DNA from: Anthoceros angustus
Lineage: Eukaryota > Plantae > Anthocerotophyta
Reading direction: 5' to 3'
DNA: 64,000 nucleotides
Assembly: GCA_010909165.1 (NCBI GenBank)
Contig: MU008154.1
Coordinates: 558,001-622,000 of the forward strand
The notes under the pieces: model-generated
Told to the model about the DNA's origin: nothing
Database searches by the model: none
Seen by the model: only the letters and a program-made list of their open reading frames with translations
Translations under genes and position numbers: made by a program
Part shown: positions 37,201-50,450 of the stretch, piece after piece
Layout: the number at the start of each line of letters is the position of its first letter
Numbering within the stretch: the first letter of the stretch is position 1

Positions 37201-40200
37201 CCTTGCTCATTTCCTCGAGCACAACATGAAGGGTATGCTCCTGTGGACAATCTGCTTCGGAATCGAGGGGTTGCATCCCCTCTCCCATGCTCCCGGTGGC
37301 TTCCCCACCTTGGGTCCTTCTTTGGCGATGGCGGCTCCACCACCGTGGTGGCTCATGACGGTGGTGGCTCCACCACCGTGGTGGCCTTCTAGCGGTGGGC
37401 TTTTGACCCTGCGGTGGGTTTCTGCCTTCTTGATTTGCCTCTCTCTTGACCACAGCTAGCCTCACTCTCTCCGCTTATACCTCTCCGCTAGCTTCTGAAC
37501 TTCTCCAGGAGGTGCCTCCACTTGTTCACTGGGCCCCTGTTCTTTGAATGAAGGATCCCCACCTTATATAGACAATTTATTCCTAAAATCCCAAGGTCCA
37601 AGGACCTTCTAAGCACCATTCACGGGTTCGAGGCCCAAGGACTAATTATTTGTAAAAGTAATATTGTCATGGGCCAAGGACCACTTTTAGTATAAAAGGC
37701 CTTGCCTCGGACATTTCCTAAGCACTCCATCACACAAAACATAAGAAAAAAAAAGCTGGTCGGCTCCACAGGCGATTCGCACACCCGATCTCACCCGGTC
37801 CCTGCGAATTTCCCTCTCATGCATTGAGCACCCTTCACCACTAGTCACCCAGACGGAGCTTGGTCACTCGGCTCTCGACCATCCGGGGATCTCCCGGCCC
37901 TCTTGTGAGAGGACACACGAATCAGCCCGTCATCGATCGGATGTCTCCAACCAACCACGCACAAATTCGACACACGGAGCTCACACATTGTCTGAGAGAC
38001 AAGGGTCTCTTATACATCGGCCCAGCGCCATAGCTCACTTTTCCAGTGTCTAAAGATGGCTAACCTACCTCCGGTGTCTAAAGATGGCTAACCTACCACG
38101 GCGCCTATTCGGTATCTACAGGTTCACAAGCTTCCTAGCACCTTATCCTCTAATCCAAGTGAAAGCCTTGACCTATGATGCCACTCCCCTCTAAAATCAG
38201 CGCGCCCGCCTCCGTTGTGGCTGCCTAACCCTGCGGCCCATGGGTGTTCCCCTCGCTCTCCTACCACGCCTCTGATCCGGAAGATCCTCCCTTAATATCT
38301 CCACCTCACTCCCGCTATCCGAGGTCCCTTCACTCCTCCTAGGAGGCGCCGTCCGTCTACTGCCCCTGCGCACGTTTCCTCGCTCCTCATCACTGGACAG
38401 CCAAACAGTGCGTTCCTCCATCCACGCTCTAGCCTCCGCCTTGCTCATTTCCTCGAGCACAACCTGTGAAGGGTATGCCCGGCTCCTGTGGACAATCCTG
38501 GCTGGTGCTTCACGGCGAGGGGTTGCATCCCCTCTCTGGCTCGATGGTGGCTTCCCCACCTTGGGTCCTTCTTCCATGATGGTGGCTCCACCACCGTGGT
38601 GGCTCATGACGGTGGTGGCTCCACCACCGTGGTGGCTCCTTCCCCAGCTGGTGTTTGACCCGCTGCGGTCTTTGCTCGCCCTTCTTGATTGCCTCTCTTG
38701 ACCACGGCCCTAGCCTCACCTCTCTCGCTTATACCTCTCCTAGCTTCTTGAACTTCTCCGGAGGTGCCGTCTCCACTTGTTCACAGGCCCCTTCTTTGAA
38801 GGATCCCCACCTTATATAGACAATTTATTCCTAAAATCCCAAGGTCCAAGGACCTTCTAACGACGACATTCACAGTTCGAGGCCCAAGGACTAATTATTT
38901 GTAAAAGTAATATTGTCATGGGCCAAGGACCACTTTTAGTATAAAAGGCCTTGCCTCGGACATTTCCTAAGCACTCCATCACACAAAACATAAGAAAACA
39001 AAAAACATTCAAACCAACAATCCGTGGGAGGGTTAGTGTACATGTGGTCTTCCACATACTCCTTCTCACTTGTTGGCGCCCTCCAACTTATTGATAATAT
39101 TTTTAACTCGCCAACCAACTCGCTGGTGCGCCCCATTCAAGCAATCACCGGATGGAACCATTGTCGAAAACCTCCGGACCCTTAGAGAGGTTTTGACAAT
39201 TTGGCCAAGGCCCAGACACTCATAAATCTCCAGACGCCTGGAAGCTCTTTCTCCCTTCTCATTCGAGGCCATCTTGTCTCCCTTACCCTGCTCAAATTGG
39301 GTTTGGCCTCTCGCCTCCACTGCCGCAGGTCTCATCGGAAAGTCATCCTCCGGTCTCCTCCACCTTCTCCGCTGGGCTGGCCACCACTCTCCCGAGATGC
39401 ACCGGTTATATCCCGAGTACCCATCTAAGAAGGAATACTCCATCCGCCTCACATGACATCTAGGATGTTATCGTTGAAGGCAACCAGAATGATCCTTCTT
39501 GGTGACTTCATCCAACCTTCGCCAATCCGGAATTGCTCTTCCCGTGTCGATCTTATGCTTTCCCCATTCCTTGGGTATACCCTTTATGTCGGTCACATTG
39601 AAGGCAAAGACATCGATGAATTCCGCAAGCAACTGTTTCATGCCCCCCTCAAGCCCTGTGCTCATTGCTTTGGAGAATTTGAGCACTTTTCCTGGGAGTA
39701 CCTCAACATCCTTGACTTCATCCACCTACCCTTCCTCTCACTGCGGAGCGACAATCCTCTTCTGGCTCTAGCGGTTCCTCTTCTCGCATGCCCCATTCTC
39801 TAAACAGATCTTCCGAGGTGAAACGCGTGATGCCCATTCCATTTTCCTCATCCGGTTGTTCCCCGCTTCGCCCTCCTTCCATCGAAATTAGTGCACAATA
39901 TACCATAACAAATTTCACCGGATTAATCGGGATATCTCCAATAATCGTGTTCCTCATCACCATGAGAGCTAAAGGAATCTATCTTTTCATCCGCTTTCCC
40001 CGATGTGTCCACTTTCTTGGTTCCGCCTCCTCCTTGCTTGCTCCGCATCTTTTTGCATACAACGCCTCTTGTTTCGCCCCTTGCCACTCTTTGTTCTCCC
40101 GCATCTCTTCTTCCTTCCACCTCACCCCTTGATTTCTTCTTCTTCCGGGCGCCTCATCTCGACGACTTTTCTCCCGAGGAGGATGAGGAATCCTTTCTTT

Positions 40201-43200
40201 CCGTTTTGGACTTCTTCATGTCCTTCTTAGCCTTCTTCTCCTCCTTCAGCCTTCTTCATCTCCTCGGGTTAGATTCCTCGTAATTTAGCCGCCTTGATAG
40301 CCTTTGCCCAAATTCTTCTCCGCTTGCCACCTTACGTGTCTCCCATCTTAGAACCCGGGCCTTTAGCGAACCAGTGCTCGCAGCTCGAATGAGGACCACT
40401 ACGATCACGTGTCGTGAAACCTCTCAACATACGCTTGCAAGGTTTCCTTCCTCTCTCTTGTAACCTCTCAAGCTTGGACAACACGTAGCCCTCCATGTCA
40501 ATCCCCTAAACCTCTCACAGGCATTCTTCAATTCTTCAAAGGTGGTTGGGGTGTGGGACAGGTACTCGCGCCTATACCACTTTCGGACCGCCGAAGAACT
40601 CCATAGAATTGAAGAATGCATCGCCACTTCACTTCTGGTTTGCAAATGTCAAGCTCAAAAGCGCTCAACAAATTCATGGGATCCTCATACTTTCCTCTCC
40701 ATACAGGTAAGGTTGCTTGGTGGTGACCACCAATGGTGGACATGGCTGTCGTGGGCGATTCGTGGTTGATTGACCGTGTCCTGGGATTGATTGAACACAC
40801 ACACTGGAAGAGGTCGAAGACAAGTTTGGACCAAGGTTCCCTTGGTACCTCGTCCAAGACCGAGATTGGGGATCTTGCTCCAACAGATCGGACGCCGGTT
40901 GATTCTCCTCCTTCCTTCTCCAAGTCGTCCTCCAATTGGGTCCTCCTCAACTCCCGATCGCAACCCTTTTCAACCTTTCCACTTGTGCGCCCGCTTGAGG
41001 CCTTCCCGACTTGACTTTCGTCGACTCAACTCGTGGCATCCATCTACCAAACTAAATACACTCAAAGACTAGACACCTAAGCTATGGTTAGTCTTTCCTA
41101 TAATCTGAGCTTTCATTCCCGGCAAGCGCCAAAATGTGGAATGGGTTTTGCATCCAAGACGCAAAGAGGCCACATTTACCCTCTATGTCGTTATAGTCCT
41201 AGGATTCGATCCCAAGGGAATGGTTTTGTGTCAAGATGTTCTAAACTATGGGTTCTAGTCCTCCTACAATCGTTCCTACCTAGCCATAATCAACTGGTCC
41301 GAGCCCCACGGTAGTAAGTTCGACCACCACCGTGGTGGTGGATTCGCCGCCGTGGTGGATTCCGCCGCCGTGGTGGATTCCGCCACCGCCGTGGTGGATT
41401 CCGCCACCGCCGTGGTGGTTCGGCCCGCGATGGTGACCACCACCGTGGTGGGACCCACCCGACCGGCGCCGTCGCGATCGACTATTTGGCGCCCGGTTCC
41501 CTCGCTTGTTAAGGGCTATGGTCCTATGCACAGTTCACATGTACACCAAGTCACACTCATGTGGATTCACACCCGAGCTCACGGTGGATGCACCATGGCC
41601 CCGCGTCGGCACCTCACTCCGTCGATTTCCTCGACCCCACAATTTATTCCCAACCTTCCTCGGTTCGCGTTTTCCGGACTCTCGCTCACTTCCTAGACTC
41701 TCTTCACACGACTCACTCACCCCTTTCTTCTAGGACCTCATACACCACCGCGCAAGATGTTCCCACGGATCCCCTCTCTTAGGCCACACGGACCTCCTGG
41801 GCCACACAGACCCCTCCTTGGGCCACAGACCCCTCCTGCCCTCCTGGGCCACAGACCCCTCCACAGACCTCTCCTTGGGCCACAGACCCCTCCTTGGGCC
41901 ACCACAGACCCCTCCTTGGGCCACACAGACCCCTCCTTGGGATTAGACACAATCTGGTTAGGCAGGGGTTGGGAAAGGAAAAAAAAGCTGGTCGGCTCCA
42001 CAGGCGATTCGCACACCAGCGATCTCACCCGGTCCCTGAGAATTTCCCTCTCCGGCATGCATTGAGCACCCTTCACCACTAGTCACCCAGACGGAGCTTG
42101 GTCACTCGGCTCGACCATCCAGGATCTCCCGGCCCTCTTGTGACGAGAGGGGCCACCGAATCAGCCATCATCGATCGGATGTCTCCAACCAACCACGCAC
42201 AAATTCGACACACGGGAGCTCACAGGTGTCTAAGAGAGACACTCAAGGGTCTCTTATACATCCGGGCGCCATAGCTCACTTTCCGGTGTCTAAAGATGGC
42301 TAACCTACCTCCGGTGTCTAAAGATGGCTAACCTACCACGCGCGCCTACCAATTCGGGTATCACAAGCTTCCTAGCACCTTATCCTCTAATCCAAGTGAA
42401 AGCCTCGACCTATGATGCTCCCTCTAAAATCAGCGCTTGCCTCATGTGGCGCCTAGCCCCGGCCCATGGGTGTTCCTCGCTCTCCTACCACGCCTCGATC
42501 CGAAGATCCTCCCTTAATATCTCCACCTCACTCCCGCTATCCGAGGTCCCTTCACTCCTCCTAGGAGGCGTCGTCTCACGCCCCTGCGCCGTTTCTCGCT
42601 CCTCATCATGGACAGCCAAACAATGCGTTCCTCCATGCTCTAGCCTCCGCCTTGCTCATTTCCTCGAGCACAACTTTGTGAAGGGTATGCCCGGCCCTAT
42701 GGACAATCCTGGCTGCTTCACGGAATCGAGGGGTTGCATCCCCTCCTCTGGCGCTCACGGTGGCTTCCCCACCTTGGGTCCTTCTTCCGATGGCGGCTCC
42801 ACCACCGTGGTGGGCGCCATGACGGTGGTGGCTCCACCACCGTGGTGGCTTCCCCCAGCGGTCTGTTTCCATGGGTGTTGCTACCCTTCTTGGTTTTGCC
42901 TCTCTCTTGACCACAGCCCTAGCCTCACCTCTCTCCGCTTATACCTCTCCGCTAGCTTCGAACTTCTCCGGAGGTGCAGGCGTCTCCACTTGTTCACAGG
43001 CCCCTGTTCTTTGAATGAAGGATCCCCACCTTATATAGACAATTTTTATTCCTAAAATCCCAAGGTCCAAGGACCTTCTAGCACACATTCACAGGTTCGA
43101 GGCCCAAGGACTAATTATTTGTAAAAGTAATATTGTCATGGGCCAAGGACCATTTTAGTATAAAAGGCCTTGCCTCGGACATTTCCTAAGCACTCCATCA

Positions 43201-43275
43201 CACAAAACATAAGAAAAGCAAAAAACATTCAAACCAACAATCCAGGGAGGGTTAGTGTACATGTGGTCTTCCACA
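34295..43275 (-). mobile_element. Non-autonomous Ty3/gypsy (Athila/Tat-like, LARD-like) element: 5' LTR 41135-43275, deleted internal region 39057-41134, expanded 3' LTR 34295-39056; TSD AGGAG
   Basis: LTR termini tgtggaa...ttccaca; AGGAG at 34290-34294 and 43276-43280; PBS tggcgcttgccggg; PPT gtgagaaggagta. Gag scraps (AVRKWY..TTFEELKNA) and RT scraps (FIDVFAF, RRLDEVTKKDH, YSFLDGYSGYN). Confidence 0.9.
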
Positions 43276-43739
43276 AGGAGCCCTTCGACCTACCGGGAGA
43301 GGATAGGTGGCCCCACCCGGAGGGACCCATGGGGAGGCCGGGAGGATGGCTCATGGTAATCAGCGGCCGCCGACGCCGCCGTAGCCCAACCCCGGCGTGA
43401 TTCCGGGGAGGAGGGTCCGCCTCGCGGATCATCCGATTAGGTCGCCAGCTATGCCGTGACGGGAGATTGGACCACCAATCCCAAGGTCCAAGGACCTTCC
43501 CAGCCCACAGCCAAGAGAGATAGGGAAGGAATAGGATGGTGCTAATTAGGCATACCGAAATGGCCATCACTCAATAGGATGTAATAAAGGCGACACAGGC
43601 GTAGTATAAGAGGCTGCCCCGAATAAATCATCTTCTCTTGGTGTTGATCTGCGTTCTTGCAGACCTTGTGTCTTCTTGCTAACGTGAGTCTGAGTCATCG
43701 AGGCAGCCTGGGATTGATCGTGGTCCCGTGACACCTAAC

Positions 43740-44330
43740 GGTGGTGGTGTGTGCGAGGGAAGAGTGATCGGGGAGCGTTTCGTCCAGCTGCCCGCCGAAT
43801 CCGATTTAACGCAGGAGCTGAGGACTGAGGCGGCAAGAGCTTGACGGAGAGGCCCCTGTGAGACGGCTGAGGTCCGATTGTAACCTGCTCTTGCCTTAAG
43901 ACGGATAAGTGTGAGTGGAGAGAGGAACCACGAGAGGTGTGAGATGAATGAACTAAATGACGCAACGGCCCTTAAACGCTTGGCCATACCGCCCGGGCGG
44001 TTTGTCGTGAGTAGTTGGGACGAGAGGTGGTGTGTGCGAGGGAAGAGTGATCGGGGACCCGTCGCCCAGGCCGCGCCCGGGGCACGAATCTGACCCAACG
44101 CGTGAGCCGGGAGGACGGGGCGTCACGAGCCGGACGGAGAGGCCCAGAGAACGCAGGAGGTCCGACTGTAACCCGCGCCTTGCCTTAAGACGGATAAGTG
44201 TAGTGTGAGTGGAGAGAGGAACTGACGAGAGGTGTGAGAGATGAACGTGAACCAAACGACGCGAACGGGTCCTTAAACGCTTGGCCATACGGGCACATGC
44301 GGTGTTGTCGTGAGTAGTTAGACGAAGAGT
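43740..44330. repeat. Two-plus tandem units of ~290 bp
   Basis: ggtggtgtgtgcgaggg(g)aagagtgatcgggga...ccttaaacgcttggccatac repeated. Confidence 0.85.
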
Positions 44331-45707
44331 GTGTGTGTTGGGGTGAGCGAACGCAAAGTGAGACGGTAGAATGCAACGCCAACGAGCCTGTCATTCCATG
44401 GGAACGAACTCCTTCCTTACAACGGGAATACGCAGTCCAAGAAAGTCGCGCTACCAATGCATGACATGGGCTCAGGCAACGCAATACATACCTGAGAACT
44501 TTCTCTTTATTACTGTGCCTCAACGCACTATGAAGTTATCTCTCGCACATGACACAGACAAATTCCAAACCGCCTGTTGTTCCACCATGGCACTTTGTGA
44601 AGCTTTCTTGGGACGCCCTGGTCTCCGGACTTGGAGGCACCCAAAAATTGAGTCTGCCTCGGCTGTTTTTCTACGCAAAGTATGGCCTCCGTATACTCCA
44701 CCATCGTGCAAATTGATGAAAGGTCTATTCACATCCTTATGAATGACAATAGCCACTTAATCGGTTTTGACATAGTGGCCGCTCACTGCTAGGAATCGCC
44801 ATTGGAACACAAAGACAAGTGGCCACATCCATACTGCCTCAAGTAGCCACCGCCATAGTGGTCACGTCCTCCCCATCCTTGCTGGCACCTCCACCTCATC
44901 TTCCGCCTGCATGCTGTGGTCACTTCCACAGACGATGCACAAGCTGCTGTTCGTCACAACGTCGTGGTGTCATTCGACACCGTAGTTTCATCATCATGCA
45001 CAAGGTGGGTGTCCACCTTGCGACTGAGTCGGTGTAAACACGGTATCCTCTGCCTTTGCTGGGTATCCTCTTCCCCAGGTATCCTCTTCCACCGCCGCAT
45101 TGCGATCTTCAACACCGAGTTGTAGGTGGCCTTGTTGGGGTGAGCGACCACACATGGGTGCCCTGTGACCCACACCAGGACCCATGTCGGTGGTGGGAAC
45201 TGAAAAGCGGGGCGACAAACAAAGAAGCCACGTGAGGCATCTGCATCAACCAAAGGAGCCAACCCCAAACATGACCTTTCTTTGGTACCCATGGTGGGCC
45301 AAATACATCACCTGCACCACATGATACTCCAGGGACTCAATCCCTGGGTTTGAGACACAGGACCACCAGATCTGGCGATTCCATGACATAGTTGTGCATT
45401 GTGTAGGCGGCGGATCGGGCTGCTTTAGGATAGGTGGCGCTGCCCACGTGGTGGTGTGATCAGCTGATACCTTGCGGGGCAGGCAGCCTACTATATGTGC
45501 CTAGGGACAAGCGAATTGATGTTAGCACAAAGTGCGTATATAGCTTTTCCATGCAAAGCAACAACCTTAGAGCACTACTAACCGGAGACTCATGAGCGCC
45601 TTCTTATGTGAGTCACCGGGCACTATCCTATCAGCACCAGTCTAATTCTTCCAAGCGGTGCTCCATGATGTGGAATTCTTAGCTGACCATGATAATGCTC
45701 TGTCACT

Positions 45708-48700
45708 CTCTACCCACCGACCCTTGTCTTGGGTGGGTTGGCTCCTCCTTCGCGCCGGGGCCCCACCTCTATCCTCCGGCGGGTTGCGGTGGACTTACCA
45801 CGAGGTCCGTTGTATTGGCGCGTCTGCTCCTCTGAGGCTCTTCTCCCCATATCGTCTCCAAGCAGGCCACTAGGGTCCCGTCTTTGTCCCATGTCCTTCA
45901 TCCCCTTGAGCCTTAGTCCGTCCATTTATGGCGAGGCTTCAATGCCTTAAGGAGCTCGGCGTGGTAGTAGGCAAAATCCGAGTCAATTCTTTGGATTGCC
46001 TCTTCCACATGTGCCGGAGCACCGATACTCCTTTCGCCATTGGTGCTCAGGCGTCTTTGTCCGACTTCTTTGGACCATCTCCCTGCCGAGTTTCGGTGGG
46101 CGGGCGAATCTCGCGAGGCCACAAGGGCCTCGGTCACCTCCACCGCTTGCTCGCTCCGGCTCCGTCGTTTCCGCTCTGCCGACACGCCGCCGGCGCTCCC
46201 TTCCGCCTTCCTTAGCGGACGGCTTCTTTTACGTCCGGTGCTCGCTCCCGTTCATCACGGCCTTTAGCTCCGCCATCTCCCTCTCCGGCGGTCAACTCTG
46301 CCCGTGCCGTCAGTCCTTCTCCATTTCGGCGTCACGCTCCTTGTTCCATCGCCTTACCTCCTCCGTCCGCCAGCAGAGCTGGAGCCGCTCTATCTCTCGT
46401 TCGTGATCCGTGATCACGCCTGCGATACCATTCCGCTCAATGGTAACTTGGGCTGCGACTCGAGTCTCTTGCGGTCTTCCATCTCCGCCATTGCTCCACC
46501 TCGCATGGCGAGTCAGGAGATCCTCCATCTCCTTGTCGGGCTTCCTTCTCCTCGGCATGGCGGCCCGCTCGCCGCCTCCTGCTCCGTCTTCAGGTTAGCC
46601 GCAGCTATCCCTGCCGTCTCCCTCCACCGGTTTCGATCACGCCGATAGTGATCGCGGTCGGTCTTAGCGGTGACTTCCTCCTCGCCGCCTTCACAGGCTT
46701 GACTTGGTCTTTGGTCGGTAGGCCTCGGCCAGTCGCGAGCCTTCTCTGCTTGCGCTCGGGCCTCCTCTGCCTCCTTCTGCGCTACCCCTCTCACTGCAGG
46801 TCTTGACCAGCGCTTGGGCCTCCTGTGCCCTTGTGCTCACCCGGTGAAGGAATTTAGTCGGTCTGTCGAATGGACGGACTTCCCTTCGGCCTCGGCGTTT
46901 CCCCTCTTCGATGCGGCCGAGAGCTTCTGCCTTCCTCCTCGCCTCCTGGGCCGCCTCCAATTGCTCTGGAGGAGCACCATGCGCCTCCTTGTGGCTTCCA
47001 CTTCACAGGTCTTCTCGGCATCGCGAGACCCCAGGCATCGTCCATGGCGGTGGCAGGACCCGTGTCTCTTCCACGGCCGCCCGTGATGAGGCCCCAAAAG
47101 TCCGTAGTGGGCGGGCATCTCACGGTCGCCAAGGACCTCCATACCCCGATCCGGGAGTAGTCGGTGGGTTCTCGGACCTAATCGGGTCCCTTAGGTCACG
47201 ATTGAGTCAGCTTCACCCTCCTTGGCCCTCTTGGCGCCAATTCCTTATTCGCCCTCTTCGTCACAGGGCTCGGAGGGTGAGGGGTTCAGGCGGCCTTGCC
47301 TCTCCCGGTCGGCGGCAGGCGGCTCAGTGGGGTTCTTGCCCGGTGACCTCCTGCTCCTTGGCGTCCCTTCGCCCTTCTCACGCCTCTTGACCTCTTGCCA
47401 CTCCGTGGGCGGGGGCAACCTGAGCACTCCGGTCTTTGCGTTGGGTGGCACCGTCTTCCGCCTCTTGGTGCCGGTTCGTCGGGCTCCTCCGTTGTGGTGG
47501 TGTTTGGGCTGTGGGCGGGCCGTCTCTGCTGCCACTGCTCGGTGAGGCACCAAGAGGAGGGAAGCGGGGATATCTTCCCACACTTCCCTAGGTGGTGAGG
47601 GGGTCCGTTCCAGACGTATGGAGTCCGGTATCCCTTCCCAGTCGTCCTCCTCCCGGACCCGTTTGGCCCTAGGGGGTCGGGCCTCTACCTCGGGCGCCTT
47701 TGCCCGCTCTGCTTCTGGTAGGGCCGCCAACCCTTTCCGGAGCGCCCGCTCTACCTCCCCATCCTTCAGGAGGTCGTAATGTCCCCATACATGGATCAGG
47801 TATGGGGATAGTCCGGACGGCGGTGGCTTCTCGCTCCTCAGCTTGTGGGCCTCTGGTGAACTGGCGAAGATGATCCTTCCCGATCGCCCTCTTGCCCTGC
47901 AGCGCGGGAACACCAACAAATTATCACCAAGGTGATCCACCTTGGTGAGCAAGTTCGATGGACAATGATCAGACTCTGCCCTCACCTTTGTCATCCGGTC
48001 AGGCATCAACCGGCCGTTGGTTGTCGCTGCGTTCGCTTGACGCCGCGCCTTGCGCCTCTATCTTTCCCTCGCCTTGAGGGGCTCGGGACTCGCCCCAACC
48101 TCCTCCGTTGGGCGGTTGTAAGCCGCCCTCGGGACCTCAAGGTCCACCTCACAGGATCCTCCGGAGGTTCTTGGACCGAACCTCCTTGTTGGCTGCCAGC
48201 ATCTTGGCGAACTCCGGACCGGGGTGATTGTCAAGCGTCGGGCACTGGAACACGTCTAAGTGCCACTCTTGACCAATCCTCCGCCTCCTCCGCCACGGCC
48301 CAAAGTCCGGATAGCGGGTTACAATGTTGCGCTCTACCGGGTTCCATGGCTCCCATACCTCCATGACCTTCTTGGGTCCCATCGCCTTCTTCTCCTTTCT
48401 GTTGGCGATTGTCGAGATCGGCGCAGTCGCCCTCTTGGCGTTGCAACTAGGTGAGCGCAGATGCTGGCGTTCGAGAGATAGCGCGGGCGGGTTGCGGGCG
48501 CAAGGCTGCGATTGTCTCGAGGTGCCCCTCCTCGTCGGCGCGGTGGAAAGTAACATTGGGCGGGAGGGTGCCACATCCGTAGCGCGGTGCGCATGGCTTA
48601 CTCGGCGCGCGCGCGTGCTCGGCCTTCTGCTGCCGCCCGCGATCCGGGCGTGAATACACCGCCTCGGCAGGCTGGTCACAGCTGCATGCCGACCTCCACT

Positions 48701-48985
48701 CGGGGCCGTCCACGTGGCGCCGCTCGATCTGTCTTCACGACTCAACTTCTAAATTACTTTCACTGGCGTACTTATCTGTTTTTGACCGGGTGGGGTCCGG
48801 ACTTATCCGATACCCGGTCGCGTCAGTAGCTCACGTAGTGGTATGCGGGGTCGTTACTCCGGTCAGTGAGCAGTCCGGAGCACCGTCGCGCTTATTCCTC
48901 CTTTTCCGCCTTATTTTATTCCTCGGACCTACGAAAAAAACAAAACCCCACTTATTTCCTAACCCCAAGGAAGTCCAGTAGCCAC
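45708..48985 (-). mobile_element. Second, diverged and truncated copy of the ORF-bearing retroelement segment
   Basis: MGPKKVMEVWEPWNPVERNIVTRYPDFGP, KVDHLGDN..RIIFA..SPYLIHVWGHYDLL and MEVLGD match copy 1. Homology starts tgtgg at ~48985. Confidence 0.75.
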
Positions 48986-49659
48986 ACTCACGCTCCGTGC
49001 ATGCAAGTCCTCCTTTGGGTCTTGCTCTCCACCGGCGTCACCTGTCTAACCTCATCACGGTGTCCTCAGTCAGGGACACGCTACACTGACCTTCTTGCCC
49101 TTCCCTTGCTCTGTGACCTCGTCATAGGGCCATGTGATCGGTCTCCTTCTCCTTGTGCACTTTCTTATCCTTCTCCATGTCCTCACATTTCTTGTGCTTG
49201 GAGGCCTTTACCTCATTAGTTTTACGTGCATAGGCCAAGTAGCGGACACAGTGACTTTTTCTCAACAAGGATGCCAATGGCCATCAACCTAGGGATCTTA
49301 CGCCCCGATACTAACTCGCTTGCCGTATATCTTGAAAACCAAGTCGTCGATGTTTCTCCACTCCTTGTCGGACTTATCGATCCCTTCCACCCATAAGCAT
49401 CATTACATTCTGTTACCCCAAACCGGAGGGTAAGCACGTCTGGCCGCCTCCCTCAAACCTTGCTGCAACTTGCTTTGGCGAACATCCACTCCTTCCACCG
49501 CAAGTTGTAGTCTCCTTCATGCCAAGACCAGTGGAGCTTCCACTCTTGCCTCCAAGGCTCGACTCACCTGTGAGCGCTCAACATGTTTTTGAGGGCACGC
49601 TTTTGATTCCTTGAGATGCCTAATGTCTCCTCCTCATCGGAGGAAGCCATGTCACTCCA

Positions 49660-50450
49660 ACACACCTCGGCACCTCCAGATACACGCACATGTGCACACA
49701 TTTGCATTAAGCCGGCTCAAGTTCTTGATGACACAGAGCATCGGAGAAGGCACCTCGGCACCCACTCAAGGCCAGCACCCTCACACGCCCGGCACCTCAC
49801 GGCCCAGAACGCACATGTGCACACAAGACCGCAGCGTGCTCAAGTTCTTCACTCCGACCCGCACACAAGGAGAAGCGCACATCGGCACCACTCCAACAAA
49901 ATCACAATGCCACCACCTCACAAGCCTAGCACACATGTGCACACAAGAGCATTATTCGTGCTCAAGTCCTTCAACATTGCACACAAGGAATGATCAAAGG
50001 AGCACCTCGGCACCCACTAGAGCACCCTCACACGCCCAGCACCTCCAGAGCCCACATGTCTGTCCCGTTAAGCGGCTCAAGTTCTTGAGACACCATAGAC
50101 AAGGAGAAGCCGCCGCGTCGGCACCCACTCAAGGCCAGCACCCTCACGCGACAACATCTCACCCCGGATCACGCATGTGCACACAAGAGCATTACTCGGG
50201 GCTCAAGTCCTTCAACTGTGACATTGAACACAAGGAATGATCAAAGGAGCTGCACCTCGGCTGCTGGAGCACCCTCACACACCACCTCACAGCCCTAGAG
50301 CATGCACATGTCCACACAAGACCGTTAAGCCGGCTCAAGTTCTTCAGTGACACCACAGACAATGAGAAGCCGCACGGCACCCACTAGAGCACCCTCGCGC
50401 CACGCATCTCACCCCGGACCACATGTGCACACAAGAGCGTAAGCAAGCCT
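49660..50450. repeat. Subterminal minisatellite, ~6-7 imperfect units of ~110-130 bp
   Basis: Recurring cacctcggcaccca, catgtgcacacaagag and gctcaagttctt blocks. Confidence 0.85.

Larger units (their letters stand above)
25325..44383 (+). mobile_element. ~5-kb retroelement-derived segment (possibly a giant solo LTR) with a long frameshifted coiled-coil ORF, split by the copia and LARD insertions
   Basis: Homologous to 45708-48985 in inverted orientation. ORF MAPKK..WEPWNLVERNIVTR.YPDFGP..IHVWGH..MEVLGD, then Glu/Arg-rich coiled coil. Sequence is continuous across both TSD-flanked insertions. TATA/AATAAA-like region at ~43605-43627. Right end uncertain. Confidence 0.55.

Noticed and set aside
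44520-44756. LHDGGVYGGH as an integrase zinc finger
   Set aside because: No downstream CxxC or DDE core.
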